Assembly (NCBI GenBank): GCA_964016885.1
Contig: OZ024740.1
Location: 311,240,001 to 311,304,000 of the forward strand
Origin: Eledone cirrhosa
Lineage: Eukaryota
Direction: 5' to 3'
Length of the DNA: 64,000 nt
The notes under the pieces are model-generated. The model had not been told where the DNA came from. It ran no database searches and worked only from the letters and a program-made list of their open reading frames with translations. The translations under genes and the position numbers were made by a program. Below, piece by piece: positions 43,341 to 58,830 of this stretch (within the stretch, counting starts at the first letter, position 1; every line of letters starts with the position of its first letter).

Positions 43341-43411
43341 TATTTTATCTGATGAGAACGCAAATATCATCCCATGATGATATTTGTTTTTGAAATGCGC
43401 ATAATAAAATA
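43341..43411 (+). ncRNA. hammerhead ribozyme (AUA-cleaving family)
   Basis: tattttat-CTGATGA-gaac-gcaaatatcatc-ccat-gatgatatttgt-tttt-GAAA-t-gcgc-ATA-ataaaata. Confidence 0.88.
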
Positions 43412-43569
43412 CATGGAACTCTTTTAACCATCTTTTGATTTTATATTATTTATACTCCAGTCCTATAAACTGTTGAGTGCTACTTATCCGATATTTACAT
43501 TTCTTTATTGTGCTACAATAAAACTCACCTCCTACATATATATATACACATCCACATATATACGAATAC

Positions 43570-43659
<90 letters not shown>

Positions 43660-44306
43660 AATGCGTTCACACGTAAAAATAAGTGCATAACCCACGTACA
43701 TGCGCACACACACACACAATAATATATCAACACACGCATACATATATACATAAATACATACACATATATATATATATATATATATATATGTCGTATGGTT
43801 GCTAGGATGCGTCCATAGGCGGTATGACGGTTGAGCACTCTATGCTCCTTGGGAGCAGAGTATGATTAAATGAAAAACGAAGAATCAGTGATGCATCGAA
43901 ACACAATTGTAATACGTAATAAATTGTGTTCCGATGAATCAATGAATCTTCGTTTTCCATTTTATATATATATATATATATATTCTGCTGATGATCGATT
44001 CCAACCGTGAGCATCTCCACTGATAGTTTCGTGAAATAGTATTTTTAAGACTATAGAGAGCATTTGTAGTTTTTCCAAATTGAAGGATGAGTATTTAAAC
44101 TTTATTTTATTCTGAGTTAAGGCTCTATTGATTTTTCCCTGGATTTCACAAAATTCTGTGGATAAATCTGTCTTGATTTTCTTTTTAATTGAATTTGAAT
44201 TATTTTCCCACATCTTACGTTAACTATTTTTCCATTTTGACGTTATAGTCACTTATATATTATGAAATACTGTTGGCTTCACGCTCACAATAATTTATAT
44301 ACTTTC

Positions 44307-44344
<38 letters not shown>

Positions 44345-45356
44345 GATATTAAATAAATGATTGAACTCAACTTTTAAATATAAATATAAATTTAAAATGT
44401 AGTATATTTAATTTGATTTATAATTATTTATGAAACTCGCCGATAAATCTTTCGATTCCTTTTTATTTTAAACATTCTTCATGAATAATTAAACTACCCT
44501 AAAAGCTGATGCTCCAAATATATCGAATAAATTTTACACTAGATAAACTTCTATATTAAATATAAGACCATCTGTAGATCAAATGGGTATCCTAAACTTT
44601 TGGAATGTTTTCTGCTAGACAGGATTTGGTAAATAATTTTTGGTTTTGTTTGCTTTTGATTCTGATGCTTATAACGAACTTGGCAATATATTGTCAATTA
44701 ACTTTGAAGGGTTGATATCTGTGGTTGATTTGCGGGGCATACTATGTTTTATTTTTATTTTAATATTTTTAATATTTTTAATATTTTTATTTTTAATATT
44801 TTTTTTGATTTTTTTTGTTTTTTATTTATTTTTTGTTTCTGATATTTTTATTGATATATTCATGTCTGTTCTCTATTTATGCTTGAACGATAATCATGTA
44901 GAGTAAAGACATGAATAGTATTGTTAAAATTAATGTAGACTCTATATATATTTGTGTGTATGTACACATATATGTATACTAGAATTTTTATAGCACAATG
45001 AGAATGTTTTCGTGTGAAATAGGAATTTGCAGAGCTGATCACGTAAATTCACATGGATGTATATAGTATAAAATCTGGGATAACCTTCTATTTTATCTCA
45101 ACTCTAATATAAACCTAGGAATTTTAAACTAGACATATGATCATTATTTTTCACACATTATTGATACGTGTCTCATTCATGAATACTGATATTTACATTA
45201 TATTGCCTGTTTTATACGAATTGATATTTTTTACATTGATGAAACATAGTGTTTTAAATCTGCCTCGTTTATGTCTGGATATTTTTCTTTTCTCTCTATG
45301 TAACGGCTGTTTTCTCTCTTAACCACATATATCTCTCTCTACATTAATACTAGAGC

Positions 45357-45387
<31 letters not shown>

Positions 45388-45470
45388 ATATATCATTGAT
45401 ACGTCATTCAACTGGTGCCCAACTACCTATTTTCTTTCTCTCTATCTCTATCTATATCTATCTCTCTATA

Positions 45471-45513
<43 letters not shown>

Positions 45514-45787
45514 CTTCTCTCTCTCTCTCTCTATCTATCTCCCTCTGTGTTTTTTTCCTCTCTCTATATATCTCTCTCTGTTTCTTTACATGAATTTCTT
45601 CTCTCTATCTATCTCTCTATATCTATCTCTCTCTATTTAGTTGCATGCATTTCTTCTTTTTCTTCGTTTTTCTTTCTTTCTTTTTATAACTGTCCCTAAT
45701 ATTTTTTCACTACCAAATCAACTTTTCAAATAGAAGTCGAAGTTGAAAGGTATGTCGAATCTATCTATTTATAAGACTGTTTATATT

Positions 45788-45855
45788 GTATTTTGTCTGA
45801 AGAAGGCATAACATATTTTTAATATGATATCCCTGAAATATATATAATGAAATAA
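45788..45855 (+). ncRNA. hammerhead ribozyme (AUA-cleaving family)
   Basis: tattttgt-CTGAAGA-aggc-ataacatatt-ttt-aatatgatat-ccct-GAAA-t-atat-ATA-atgaaata. Confidence 0.85.
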
Positions 45856-45981
45856 ATATGGTTTTATAAATATAGTTTCCATTTATTTAATATCGTAAAT
45901 ATACTCCAAATACTTGTTGAGTGCTTTTATATCAGTTATAAATATTTACTCGTTGTTAACCCAACAATTTAAATAAAACTT

Positions 45982-46023
<42 letters not shown>

Positions 46024-46782
46024 AATGGAAGTTCAGCATAATCGAAGCTCTGGCTGCAGCTATGCTAACGAATGCAATCGGAATGTGCAGCTAAGCACTC
46101 AATAAGGTATTTTACCTTAGAGTAAAAACATTACGTTTAGACAGCTTGGCAAATTGAAGACTGCGACCGGTAAGCCAGCCGCAGGGACCAAACCAACGAG
46201 AAAACCGACTTAGGATAATTTGACAAACCTGGACCATCGCGTCGATATTAAGCAATATATCCGCTAGGTTTCTGTGAATTCGAAATCAACAAAATCCACT
46301 TGCTGGGTGTGCAAGTTATTGGTTTTGGAAGATCGAACAGAGGTTTCACTTTCTCAACAGGTATCCGTTATCTGCCTCTGCCGGGTGTGAGTTTTCCGAA
46401 AGGGAGGTAACCGCGGATTTTGGCGGTCAAAATTCAAATTTTGAAAAAGGAATAAATTCCTTTCCACAAACCGAATAAAGCTCTCGACCAGACGTTATTA
46501 AACAAACATAAATAATTAATCAATCAATAGAATTGTCTAATTAAACTGCAAGTAACCAACCAGGAACATTAGGAAAAAGACAGTGTCATGCACGGGTTTT
46601 TTGTTTTGTTCAATTTTTGTTTTGTTTTGCCTTTGTGTTTTTGTCAACATATGTTTTTCTGTGTAGGTATATAGAAAGGAGTATTCAAAACAGCTTTTAT
46701 GCATATATTTCCATACAAATATTGATTCAAATTTAATAAAGATGTGTAAATCGTATATATATATACATATATACATATATAC

Positions 46783-46945
<163 letters not shown>

Positions 46946-47083
46946 TGATTTTTATAATGTGTCTGGTCCTTATAACGTATGTTAATTGCTCTGGCTCGTT
47001 CCTAGTCCATTGAGCGCTTGCCGGCATATCTCGAAAATTGCGTTTCGTTTTGTTTTGGCCGCCGCCGAAATACAATCTCGCTG

Positions 47084-47134
<51 letters not shown>

Positions 47135-47138
<4 letters not shown>

Positions 47139-47545
47139 GGGGGACATGTGTTACAGGTGACCCAAGGCACTGTTATACAATCAATAAGTAATGATGTACG
47201 TAATGAAGGAAGACTCAGATATAAAGACAAACTGAAGTACAATTTTAAATTTGTAAACATACCTCTTGCTTCTTTTAAAGCCCTAGGTGCTGACCGTGGA
47301 AATGGATAACTTCCTACAATGATGGTATAAGGATGTTGTCTGGTATATCTTCGTGATCTAAAATCTAACACCAAGATCCGATTGAATATTCGATCCTGTT
47401 CTATTCAAAATCCTATTATCTGCACTAAGTGTGGCCTGGTTTGTAAATCAGCAGCTAGAATAAAGAGCCTTTTGAGGCATAACCATAAAAATGAACTGAG
47501 AAGACTATTGAATACTCATACATCGATATACGACGGGAGAGTCCG

Positions 47546-47548
<3 letters not shown>
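47135..47548 (+). mobile_element. RTE-clade LINE 3' fragment between (TA)n arrays
   Basis: PKALLYNQ/..RNEGRLRYKDKLKYNFK..FKALGADR, then CTKCGLVCKSAARIKSLLRHNH. Confidence 0.75.
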
Positions 47549-47605
<57 letters not shown>

Positions 47606-47707
47606 GTGTGTAAATGAAGTAATTCCGTCGGAAAACTCCAGGAAAAAAGAGTGCTCTATGTAGGTAACAGAGCTTAATAGTTATGTAATAAACAACATAA
47701 GGCAATT

Positions 47708-47768
47708 ATTCCATTTACCAGTGGTTTCTTAAAAGCAAAAGATTTTGCTTTCAATCATCAGAATGAAA
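47708..47768 (-). ncRNA. hammerhead ribozyme, left arm of palindrome 47677-47959
   Basis: Reverse complement of the copy at 47867-47927. Confidence 0.85.
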
Positions 47769-47866
47769 AAATCCTGGTCTATTTATTGATATTGGATTCT
47801 AAAAGTTTTTAGATATTGGATTCTAAAGGTTTTTAGAATCCAATATCAATAAATAGACCAGGATTT

Positions 47867-47927
47867 TTTCATTCTGATGATTGAAAGCAAAATTTTTTGC
47901 TTTTAAGAAACCACTGGTAAATGGAAT
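47867..47927 (+). ncRNA. hammerhead ribozyme, right arm of palindrome
   Basis: ttcatt-CTGATGA-ttgaaagcaaaa-tt-ttttgcttttaa-GAAAC-cactg-GTA-aatgga. Confidence 0.85.
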
Positions 47928-47967
47928 AATTGCCTTATGTTGTTTATTATATAACTATATATATATG

Positions 47968-48092
47968 TAGGAACGAGTAGGACCCCGACGGCTGAGCTCA
48001 AGCCGTTTCGACGGCTAATTCTGGACTAAATTAGTCCAGAATTAGCCGTCGAAACGGCTTGAGCTCAGCCGTCGGGGTCCTACTCGTTCCTA
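47968..48092. repeat. perfect 62-bp-arm palindrome containing the 3' half of an HHR
   Basis: Arms 47968-48029 and 48031-48092; GAAAC-ggct-tgagctc-agcc-GTC present, CTGANGA absent. Confidence 0.9.
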
Positions 48093-48194
48093 TTACCCAC
48101 TCTACTACCTTAAGTATTGAGTACTTTGGTGCGTTATGGTCCACCTGGTTCCTTACCACATTTCCTGCGTTATATATATATATATATATATATA

Positions 48195-48490
48195 AGGTTA
48201 AAGAGCCCTTCGGTCATAACTGACCGTGGGTTTTGCACTTAGAGATTTCCCTCCGAGCCCCAAACGCGAGAAAAGTGTTTTGGGTGGAAGATCAGCAGTC
48301 GCCCATGTATAGTAGTACCCCTTCTCCACACCACTGATGTTGTCCAAGGGGAAGGCAAAAGCCGATATATTTCAGCACCAGTGACGTCGCAACTCATTTC
48401 TACAGCTGAGTGAACTGCAGCAATATGAAACAGCGTTTTATTCAAGGACACAACGTACCCAGTCCGAGAATCGAATTGTGAATTCAACTC
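48195..48490 (-). mobile_element. tRNA-derived SINE family 3
   Basis: rc ttcgattctcggactggg..gttgtgtccttgaataaaac..cagttcactcagctgtagaaatgag; related head at 60983-61150 (+). Confidence 0.7.
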
Positions 48491-48720
48491 TTTAACTACT
48501 AAACTACATGCCTCCTCTGAGACATGTTATTCATTGTTGTAAAACCATCCGTCTGATCATTTGGGAATCGGACAAGAGAGATAATTTGATAACAATGAAA
48601 CACGAATCTCTGGAAAACCAAATCTTTTAGCGTAATAAATGACTGTCTACCATAACCTGGCTCTCGGATTGAGTACGCTACCAACTTTTGATATTTATTA
48701 CGAAATATAGTTACACTATT

Positions 48721-48799
<79 letters not shown>

Positions 48800-49459
48800 C
48801 AGAGAGAGCGCGTGTGTGTATGACAGAGAGAGTGTTTGTGACAGAGAGAGTGTATATATATATGTGTATATAGTAATTAGATTATAATCATTTGGCAAGT
48901 CGCTTGGTCTGAGGTGGTGTACTGCAACTGAAACAATTATGTCGCGGAAGTCATTAATATACTTGTTTTGTCGAAATCTTTCGCCACAAAACCGAAGATA
49001 TTTTAATGAGTTCTTTGTGTCTATTTTTTTCTTGATGGCTGATATTTTTATGTATTTTGTTAACTGTGCGCTATAATTGTGTGGGCGAATATGTGAAAAT
49101 ATGTATTTCTTGTGGTGTTCTGGTGGGATGTGATTACGTATCTATTATTGTGTTAAGGATTATGGTGTGTGTGTGTATATATTGGTGAACGTTCATCGTG
49201 ATTGTGCGTGTATTTTCTTATGTGCGTTTTTGATTTATATACTGCACGGGATAAGGTATTGTGAAATATATAACCGCCTTAGCTAAGCTTAGTATTGCCA
49301 CAACCACGGCTGGCAAAGAAGTAAGGGTCTGGTGGTACGTAAGTAAGCAACACTGTGGCTTAAAACGTGAGGAAGAAGTTGTGTACACTTACCAACTGTT
49401 TGGGGAATGAGTGTGAGATTTGTTTTGAGCAAGGGTGGCAAAATAACCGGAGGCAGCAG

Positions 49460-51360
49460 ACAGCCAGACATTCAGACAGATATTATAAGGGCGCGTTCTG
49501 GACCAAGAGCGAATTGTAGGAGGTGACGTAATGCAGACAGCCAGACATACAGACAGATATTATAAGGGCACGACGTTATATGTATCTATCTATCTAAAAA
49601 GAGAAAGACTAAGAATTATAGAGAGAGATCGCTAAATCGCCTAATGCAGTCCCTGGAGCATTGAAAATTTGAAATTTCTTTTGCTCAGAACACTCCCTGA
49701 AACATAAGTATTACATGTGTAAAGTTTGAAAACAGTCAGTTGGGTGCTTCTCTAGTTTTAGGGATTCAAACTCACACACACACAGACAGACATCCTCAGT
49801 TTTATATATATAGACTAGCAGAAAACCACCCGGTGGGCGGTTTTCTGCTAGCAAATCTAGTGTATATACTGATATTGTTGAGATTTGGATGAGAAATGTT
49901 TTCGGCACCACATGTTCACCGTCTCTCGGTGTGTCTTTTATGCATGTATAAATTTCTATGTTATCTATACGGTGAAATCTTTGAAATAAATATGTTAAAA
50001 CGAAAAAGGAGAAAATAAATAACTGGCGGTTAGAAAAAAATATTCCTATGAAATTTTAATCATACCATTAGGTGTGAATAAGGAAATATTTTTTTATTGT
50101 CAAAACAAATGTTCAAAAGTTAAACTTCAATTTTTTTAATTATTTCCAATTTTTTCATGAAATTGAACACTGGACATTGGCTGCTGGAAATGGAAATTAA
50201 ATCGTATTTAATTGTATTTAAATGTCTAACCTTATTTTATTATTTATATTTTTTCAATAAGAAATAAAAAAAACAACAACAAAAATTGAAGAAAAAAATT
50301 GAACAAATCAAACGTAGGTTATGGAACTGCGCAATCTGATTAATAAATTACCTCATCAGCAGCAACCTTCTTCAAATGGTCCTTATTATCAGCAGCAACA
50401 ACCACAAATTCAATGGCAACCTTCTTCAAACCACAAATTCAATGGCAACCTTCTTCAAATGGTCCTTATTATCAGCAGCAACAACCACAAATTCAATGGC
50501 AACCTTCTTCGCATGGTGTCAAGTCAGAACCGCCTCGAACTGGTTACTTCTGGCTTGTGCAAGGTGTCTCTATAGCAACCAGCGATTCCCTCGGCCTCAG
50601 TGACCAAAGTCAGTGGAGAGGGGAAGGTAATGTTTCTATAGCACGTGTTTTAGCGTCTATTCACTCTCTCTCTCTCTCCCTCCCGCTATCCCCCTCTCGT
50701 AGTCTGTCTCTTTCTTTCACTCTCACTCTCTCTCTCTCTCTCTACGCACGTGTTTCCACTGTCGGACAGACAGACAGAGAAATTGCTGGTTATATATATA
50801 AGTAGACTAGCAGAAAACCACCCGGGGGCGGTTTTCTGCTAGTATATATATCTAAAACAGAGAATGTCTGTCTGTCTGTCAGCTCACTAAAACTTGAGAA
50901 CCATCCAACCGATTGTTTTCAAACTTTAGACATGTAATACTTATGGTCCTGTGAGTGTTTTGAGCAAAATTATTTCAAATTTTCAATGCTCTAGGGACCG
51001 CATTAGGCGATTTAGCGTTCTCTCTATATAATTCTTAGTCTTTCTTTTTAGATAGATACATAGATATAACGTTGCGCCCTTATAATATCTGTCTGTATGT
51101 CTGGCTGTCTGCATTACGTCATTATGACGCGCTCAGCGCGATTCCCTCGGCCTCAGTGACCAAAGTCAGTGGATAGGGGAAGGTAATGTTTCTGTAGCAC
51201 GTGTTTTAGCGTCTATTCACTCTCTCTCTCTCCCTCTCTCCCTCCCGCTATCCCCCTCTCGTAGTCTGTCTCTTTCTTTCACTCTCACTCTCTCTCTACG
51301 CACGTGTTTCCACTGTCGGACAGACAGACAGAGAAATTGCTGGTTATATATATAAGTAGA
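49460..51360. mobile_element. cluster of abutting non-autonomous Helitron-like elements (inverted pair 49525-49815 / 50840-51120; direct pair 50581-50805 / 51138-51360)
   Basis: TC(TA)n-type 5' ends (rc tctatatatataaaactgag, tctacttatatatataacc) and terminal hairpin ctagcagaaaaccacccg..gggcggttttctgctag at 49816 and 50807. Confidence 0.75.
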
Positions 51361-51748
51361 TAATGTAGTTTGCTTGAAGCATTGCATATTATGTATAACG
51401 TTGGAAGAGATGGAAGGCTAAACAATGCAAAATGGACTGTAAGATGAGGTAACGAAAAATAAGTTACCTGGTAATCTTTGTTTCGTTTTTTGTTTTTGTT
51501 GGTCGTTTTTCTGTCCAATATTTCGGGGTCTAAAAGTCCCTTTTGGGGGGTTTAAGGAACTTCCCAATTTCCTCTCTTCGGGATTAAATTTTGATTTTGA
51601 TTTAAATTTTTCTAAGTCATTTTCAAGTGTTTTTTATGGTTATTTCGCTCTTCACAAGAATTACGTCTATAGCCAATTTAGTATTTCGCGGAATCAATTT
51701 CCTTTTTTGCATGAGATGTTTAGTTTGTGTGCCTGTGGGTGTGTCTTT

Positions 51749-52450
51749 TTATGTTAAGTACTGTGTGCTGAGTTCTAATCTATTATTTATTTGCGGGTTG
51801 AGTCTACGTATGAGCAAGGCTTCCTTGATTATTAAGTTGCCCACATTTCTATCACTGGCTTTAATAGTAACAGTAATATGTTGGTTGATGTTTCTACATT
51901 TGTCAATTTTTTTTTTTAATAAGGATGTGTGTGTGTTGAGGTGTTCTTTAATGTGAGTGTGGAGTGCTCGAGTCGTGCTTCCAATGTAGAACATTTGTTG
52001 CATTCAATCCGGAATGCCACATGTGTCCGCTGGCACATACCTGATCGCGGATAGGGCAGTTAGTCAGCGAGTAGTGATTGTTGTTGTCTCTGGGTTGCTT
52101 TTTTGACAAGTATCCACGCAGTGAAAGGCCGGAGTGTGCTAATTGTATGTCTAGTCCTTCTTTGCGGGTAGCTCTGCAGATAGCTGTGGTTATGCTTTCG
52201 CTGAACTGTGGTAATTTCATGAAGCAGGTGTTAGAGGAGGTCTTATGCCTGCAGCACCTTGGATTCTTAAGTCGATTCACTGTGGATGTTGTGTATCCGT
52301 TCGTCTTCAGTACATCTATGAAGTGTGCAGTCTGAGTGATCTGGTCCTCTGTCTTGCTACATTTTGCTTCATTTCTCTCTCTCTATATATATATAGCCTG
52401 TCCCAACATAAACAATATATGAACGAAGATATTTGGTTCTCCGTTACGTT
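51749..52450 (-). pseudogene. Penelope/Poseidon-type PLE fragment (thumb/linker plus GIY-YIG), frameshifted
   Basis: FMKLPQFSESITTAI...CPIRD.. then FYIGSTTRALHTHIKEH...IKEALLIRRLNPQINNRLE. Confidence 0.85.
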
Positions 52451-52964
52451 TCCTACTCAGTGTAACGCCGGGTCCTGCTACCAGAGAGAGATATGTAAAA
52501 TACCGTTCGCTGCACCAAACGGTTTCGGCTTGACTACATATCTTCCTACTTCTGCTGAAGTTAAAATAAGCTAGAAAACTGTTGAACCTTGCGTTGCTAT
52601 ATAAGAAGTTTAGTTGGTCGTGTTTTAATACGCAGTGATCGAAGGCGTCTTTGCTGAAAAGTAAAATTCGTCTTGTATATAGAGCGGATGTGTGTGTGTG
52701 TGTGTGTGTGATTGTCGTTTGGCTGTACGAAGTTATGAGGTTATGTGTGTATATGTGCGTTAGTTGTTGCTCCGTACAGAGCTGTGAGTGTAAATGTAAA
52801 GGTGCATGTTTGTTGTTGGTCTGTAAAACGTTGTAAGAGTATGTTTCTGACCTTGGGGGTGAATGTGCAGGCGCGTGTGTGACAGTGGTCGAGGTAGGGG
52901 TGACAGTGGCTAGGAGTATAGAAGTAAGCTCGAGCGAATGAGTAAAAAGGTAATAAAGATTAAA

Positions 52965-53180
52965 GGAATTGGAGAGAGGAGTTAATTCCATTAGGGAAAC
53001 TAAACCTATGGCGGAAAATCAGGCTTTGATCAGTCCTGGTGCGCGAGACCAGTGATCCGTGATTTAAAAGGACACTTAGGACTGAGATATGTAGGGATGA
53101 GTGACCTGGGGAACGGAAGTGACGAGCCATGGGGGTATCCTTGCCGAGTCGCATGTCCCTCAAGTGTTCAGCGAAACGAT
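52965..53180 (-). pseudogene. Neptune-like PLE GIY-YIG C-terminal fragment
   Basis: HRFAEHLRDMRLGKDTPMARHFRSPGHS...R.R.DQSLIF...PNGIN. Confidence 0.75.
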
Positions 53181-53777
53181 GTGGGTGTGTGGGTGTTTGC
53201 GTGCATGTGTGTGCGCGTGTGTGTGTAATTAAGGCATGCAATAGAAGATAGAAAGACCAAAGGGAGAAAAACAAATCCTCAGAAAGGAGCAAAACAAAAT
53301 ATTTGTTGCATGACTGGAGTGTTTACAGCAGGCCTTGGTTTCAGATGGTAGCTGTATGGATAAAGGAACGACGACAACGTGTGAGTGTGTAAATCAAAGA
53401 ACCCAGACTGTTCCTGGTAGCATTAATGTAACTCGACACCGTTGAAAAGAGGGATACATGTATTGTGATCGTGGTGTTATACAGTCGACAACAAAAAAAC
53501 GAATCATTCGTGGTGCAAACTGTATGCAACATAATGAATATATACATACAAAACCATCCAAATAGGAACTGAAAGAATGTCAGAGCAAGAGAAATCATGC
53601 TGGAGAGATAGAATTGCAGAAAGGAGAATACTCACAAAATCTGTTGCCAAATTAAAAAAATATACATTACAAATATCTAATGATTAAGTGTAATGAAACT
53701 ATTTTTTTTTTTTATATTATTTCATTCAAATTAACCAGCAATTAATTCTAAATATATTAATATATACAATTTTGTAA

Positions 53778-56497
<2,720 letters not shown>

Positions 56498-57116
56498 TTC
56501 AAAAGTGAAAGGCGCTCAAAGAAAATGTTTGATTTATAGAGGAAAATTGTTGTAGAAATTTTATGTGATGTGAACAAAATATTGAAGTGGGTAGCCAGAA
56601 CTAAGTGTGAAGGTAATATTCAGGTAAAGAGGGACGAATGAGAAAACGGTACATAGAGAGAAGGGGAGACAATTAACAAGGCCCATCTAGAAAATGTATT
56701 GAAAATATATTGAATGAGGTATGCGTTTCATCTTCGACGAGTACAGTGATACCTCAACAAAGATCCTATGTAAGTGAAACATATAAACGTGTATAGTGAA
56801 TTCTACTTAATTTGGGTGCTGGAGTTGCTTTTTTTTATGTATCTTTTTTGTTTTTTTTTTGCTTTCTTCACCAGAATTAATTATTAAAGCTCCCAGCTGT
56901 GGGAAGTATAATTTTAATTATAACTATTTACGTGGTTCTCGGCAGAGCTGCTCTGTTAGAGAACGTGTCGGATATGGTGTATCAAAATTAACGCTTCAGC
57001 TCGCTTTGTGCGCACTGCTAACATGTAGGTGGTCTGTCGTATTACTGACATCAAGGAGTCTTCTTATATTCTATGTGACAAATCCGAGATGTATTTTATG
57101 TTGGTGTTTTTTTTTC

Positions 57117-57308
57117 AGTGGATTGGCAGTATCGGTAGAGGGTCGGACGCCATGCTTTGCAGCATAGAGTTACGGTCCCTTAAGGTCTGAGTTCAAATCC
57201 CGCCGAGGTTAACTTTGCCTTTCATCCTTACGAGGTCGATAAAATAAAATACCTGTAATGCACTGAGATAATTGCTGGCCTTGTGCCAAAAGTAGAAACA
57301 ATTATTAT
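57117..57308 (+). mobile_element. SINE family 1, full length
   Basis: Consensus match. Confidence 0.9.
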
Positions 57309-58519
57309 TCAAATGCTAGGTAAAACGACCTGACCTATTTCTTCATCAACTGTTATACTAAATAGGTGATATTTTTCCCTTTTTCTTCCTCTCTTCACAA
57401 CTGAAATGGACAACGTTGTTAATAAATTGAGTTTTTCAAGGCGAAGAGGGGGAAATGATGTTTAATTCAAGAGAGGGGGAGAAAACGTGAAATAAATGGA
57501 GTGGGAAAAGGCTATTTCAGTAAAATTCAACATTTTTAATTAATGGAGAGGTAGAGTGAGTAAACACAAGCCAAGATAGATATCAAGTGAAAGGGGTTGG
57601 CGGGGAGCATAGGTAGCATTGGATAGCAAGCAAATAACTTAAAACGTACCTAGACAAAATACTAAACCGTGTCATTAAAAAGGCAGAATTGTTTGGCCAG
57701 TAGTATATACATTATAAATAGCCAGTTTGAGATGAACACGTGCAGTTGTACAGACAGATACAAACACAATTATGTGAAAGAATACACGTATATACGCGCT
57801 AGGAAAATTCTAATAAAGAGAGCAAAGAAGAGAACTTAGTGGGGGAGCTTGGGAAGGAATAGTGGTGAAGTTGGAATATTCATGCCTTACCGAGCAGATT
57901 GAAATTGAACCATTCTTTTTTGACAAAAGGAAAAATTCCCTATATTTGTTTTGTCGTTGTTTTTTATGATTTGACAAGTACCTCTTTCATACTGGTGGAG
58001 AAGCCGGTGAACAGTTTGCTGCATTGTCTAGTGCTTAAAACTACTATTTATATAGCTAAAATTGTCAGCTTCAATACTATACAAGAGGCAATAATGTGAG
58101 AAAATGGCATCCATATATTAGTTTACCTACATCTTTAAATGTTTAAATTAAATGATCTATTCATATATAGGTTACAAGCAACTATGTTTTCTTTATACAA
58201 GTTTTAATATTACCCACCTGTATAGATTTTATATCAAGTCTCTGAATATCTAAGCAAGATCACCTGTAAGGATAAATCACTCTTCTTGTCAGAGAGAAAA
58301 AAATACAATAGAATTGAAAATATATTATGTTATAAAAAAGATATACTAATGTTAAATTTATATGCAATTATCTTGTGATGCGTTTCTATCGCGATTTTGT
58401 CTCGAAGTTATATTGCTAATCTTGACATCAGTGACAGGCAATCTCTCCATATTCTCTTACATTTTTTTTAAAACTTTATACAAATAAAACGTAACTGATA
58501 TTAGTGACTAACTTTGCAC

Positions 58520-58830
58520 AGGCATGGATATGTGATTAAAGAGTTTGCTTTCCGACCACGTAGTTCTGGGTTCAGTCCCGCTGCGTGGCACCTTCGGCAA
58601 GTGTCTTCTACTACAGCTTCGGGTTGTCCAATATCTTGTAAGTGGAATTTGCTAGAAGGAATATATGTGCGTGTGTTTGAGTGAGGGCTTTTACGTTGTG
58701 TTGTGTCTGTATTTGTCTCGTAAGTTGCAGAGATCGAGAAAATAAGTATCAGACTCGAAAAACTATGTAATGATGTTGGAAGGATCAACTAAATCAAGGT
58801 GGTGCCCAAGCATACTATCTAATGAAAAAA
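58520..58830 (+). mobile_element. tRNA-derived SINE family 2
   Basis: tgtgattaaagagtttgctttccgaccac..gggttcagtcccgctgcgtggcaccttcggcaagtgtcttctactac. Confidence 0.75.

Noticed and set aside
44020-44750. Possible decayed PLE N-terminal coding region on the minus strand (FTKSCLAENIPK)
   Set aside because: Multiple stops and only a short motif; cannot be supported without a profile search.
46330-46370. HHR-like ctgttga-gaaagt-gaaac on the minus strand (similar weak cases at ~12890, ~43988 and ~52520)
   Set aside because: Core mutated and stem I cannot be formed convincingly.
50321-50805. Q-rich ORFs as a captured gene
   Set aside because: Derived from a short tandem repeat within a Helitron-like module; no other evidence of coding.
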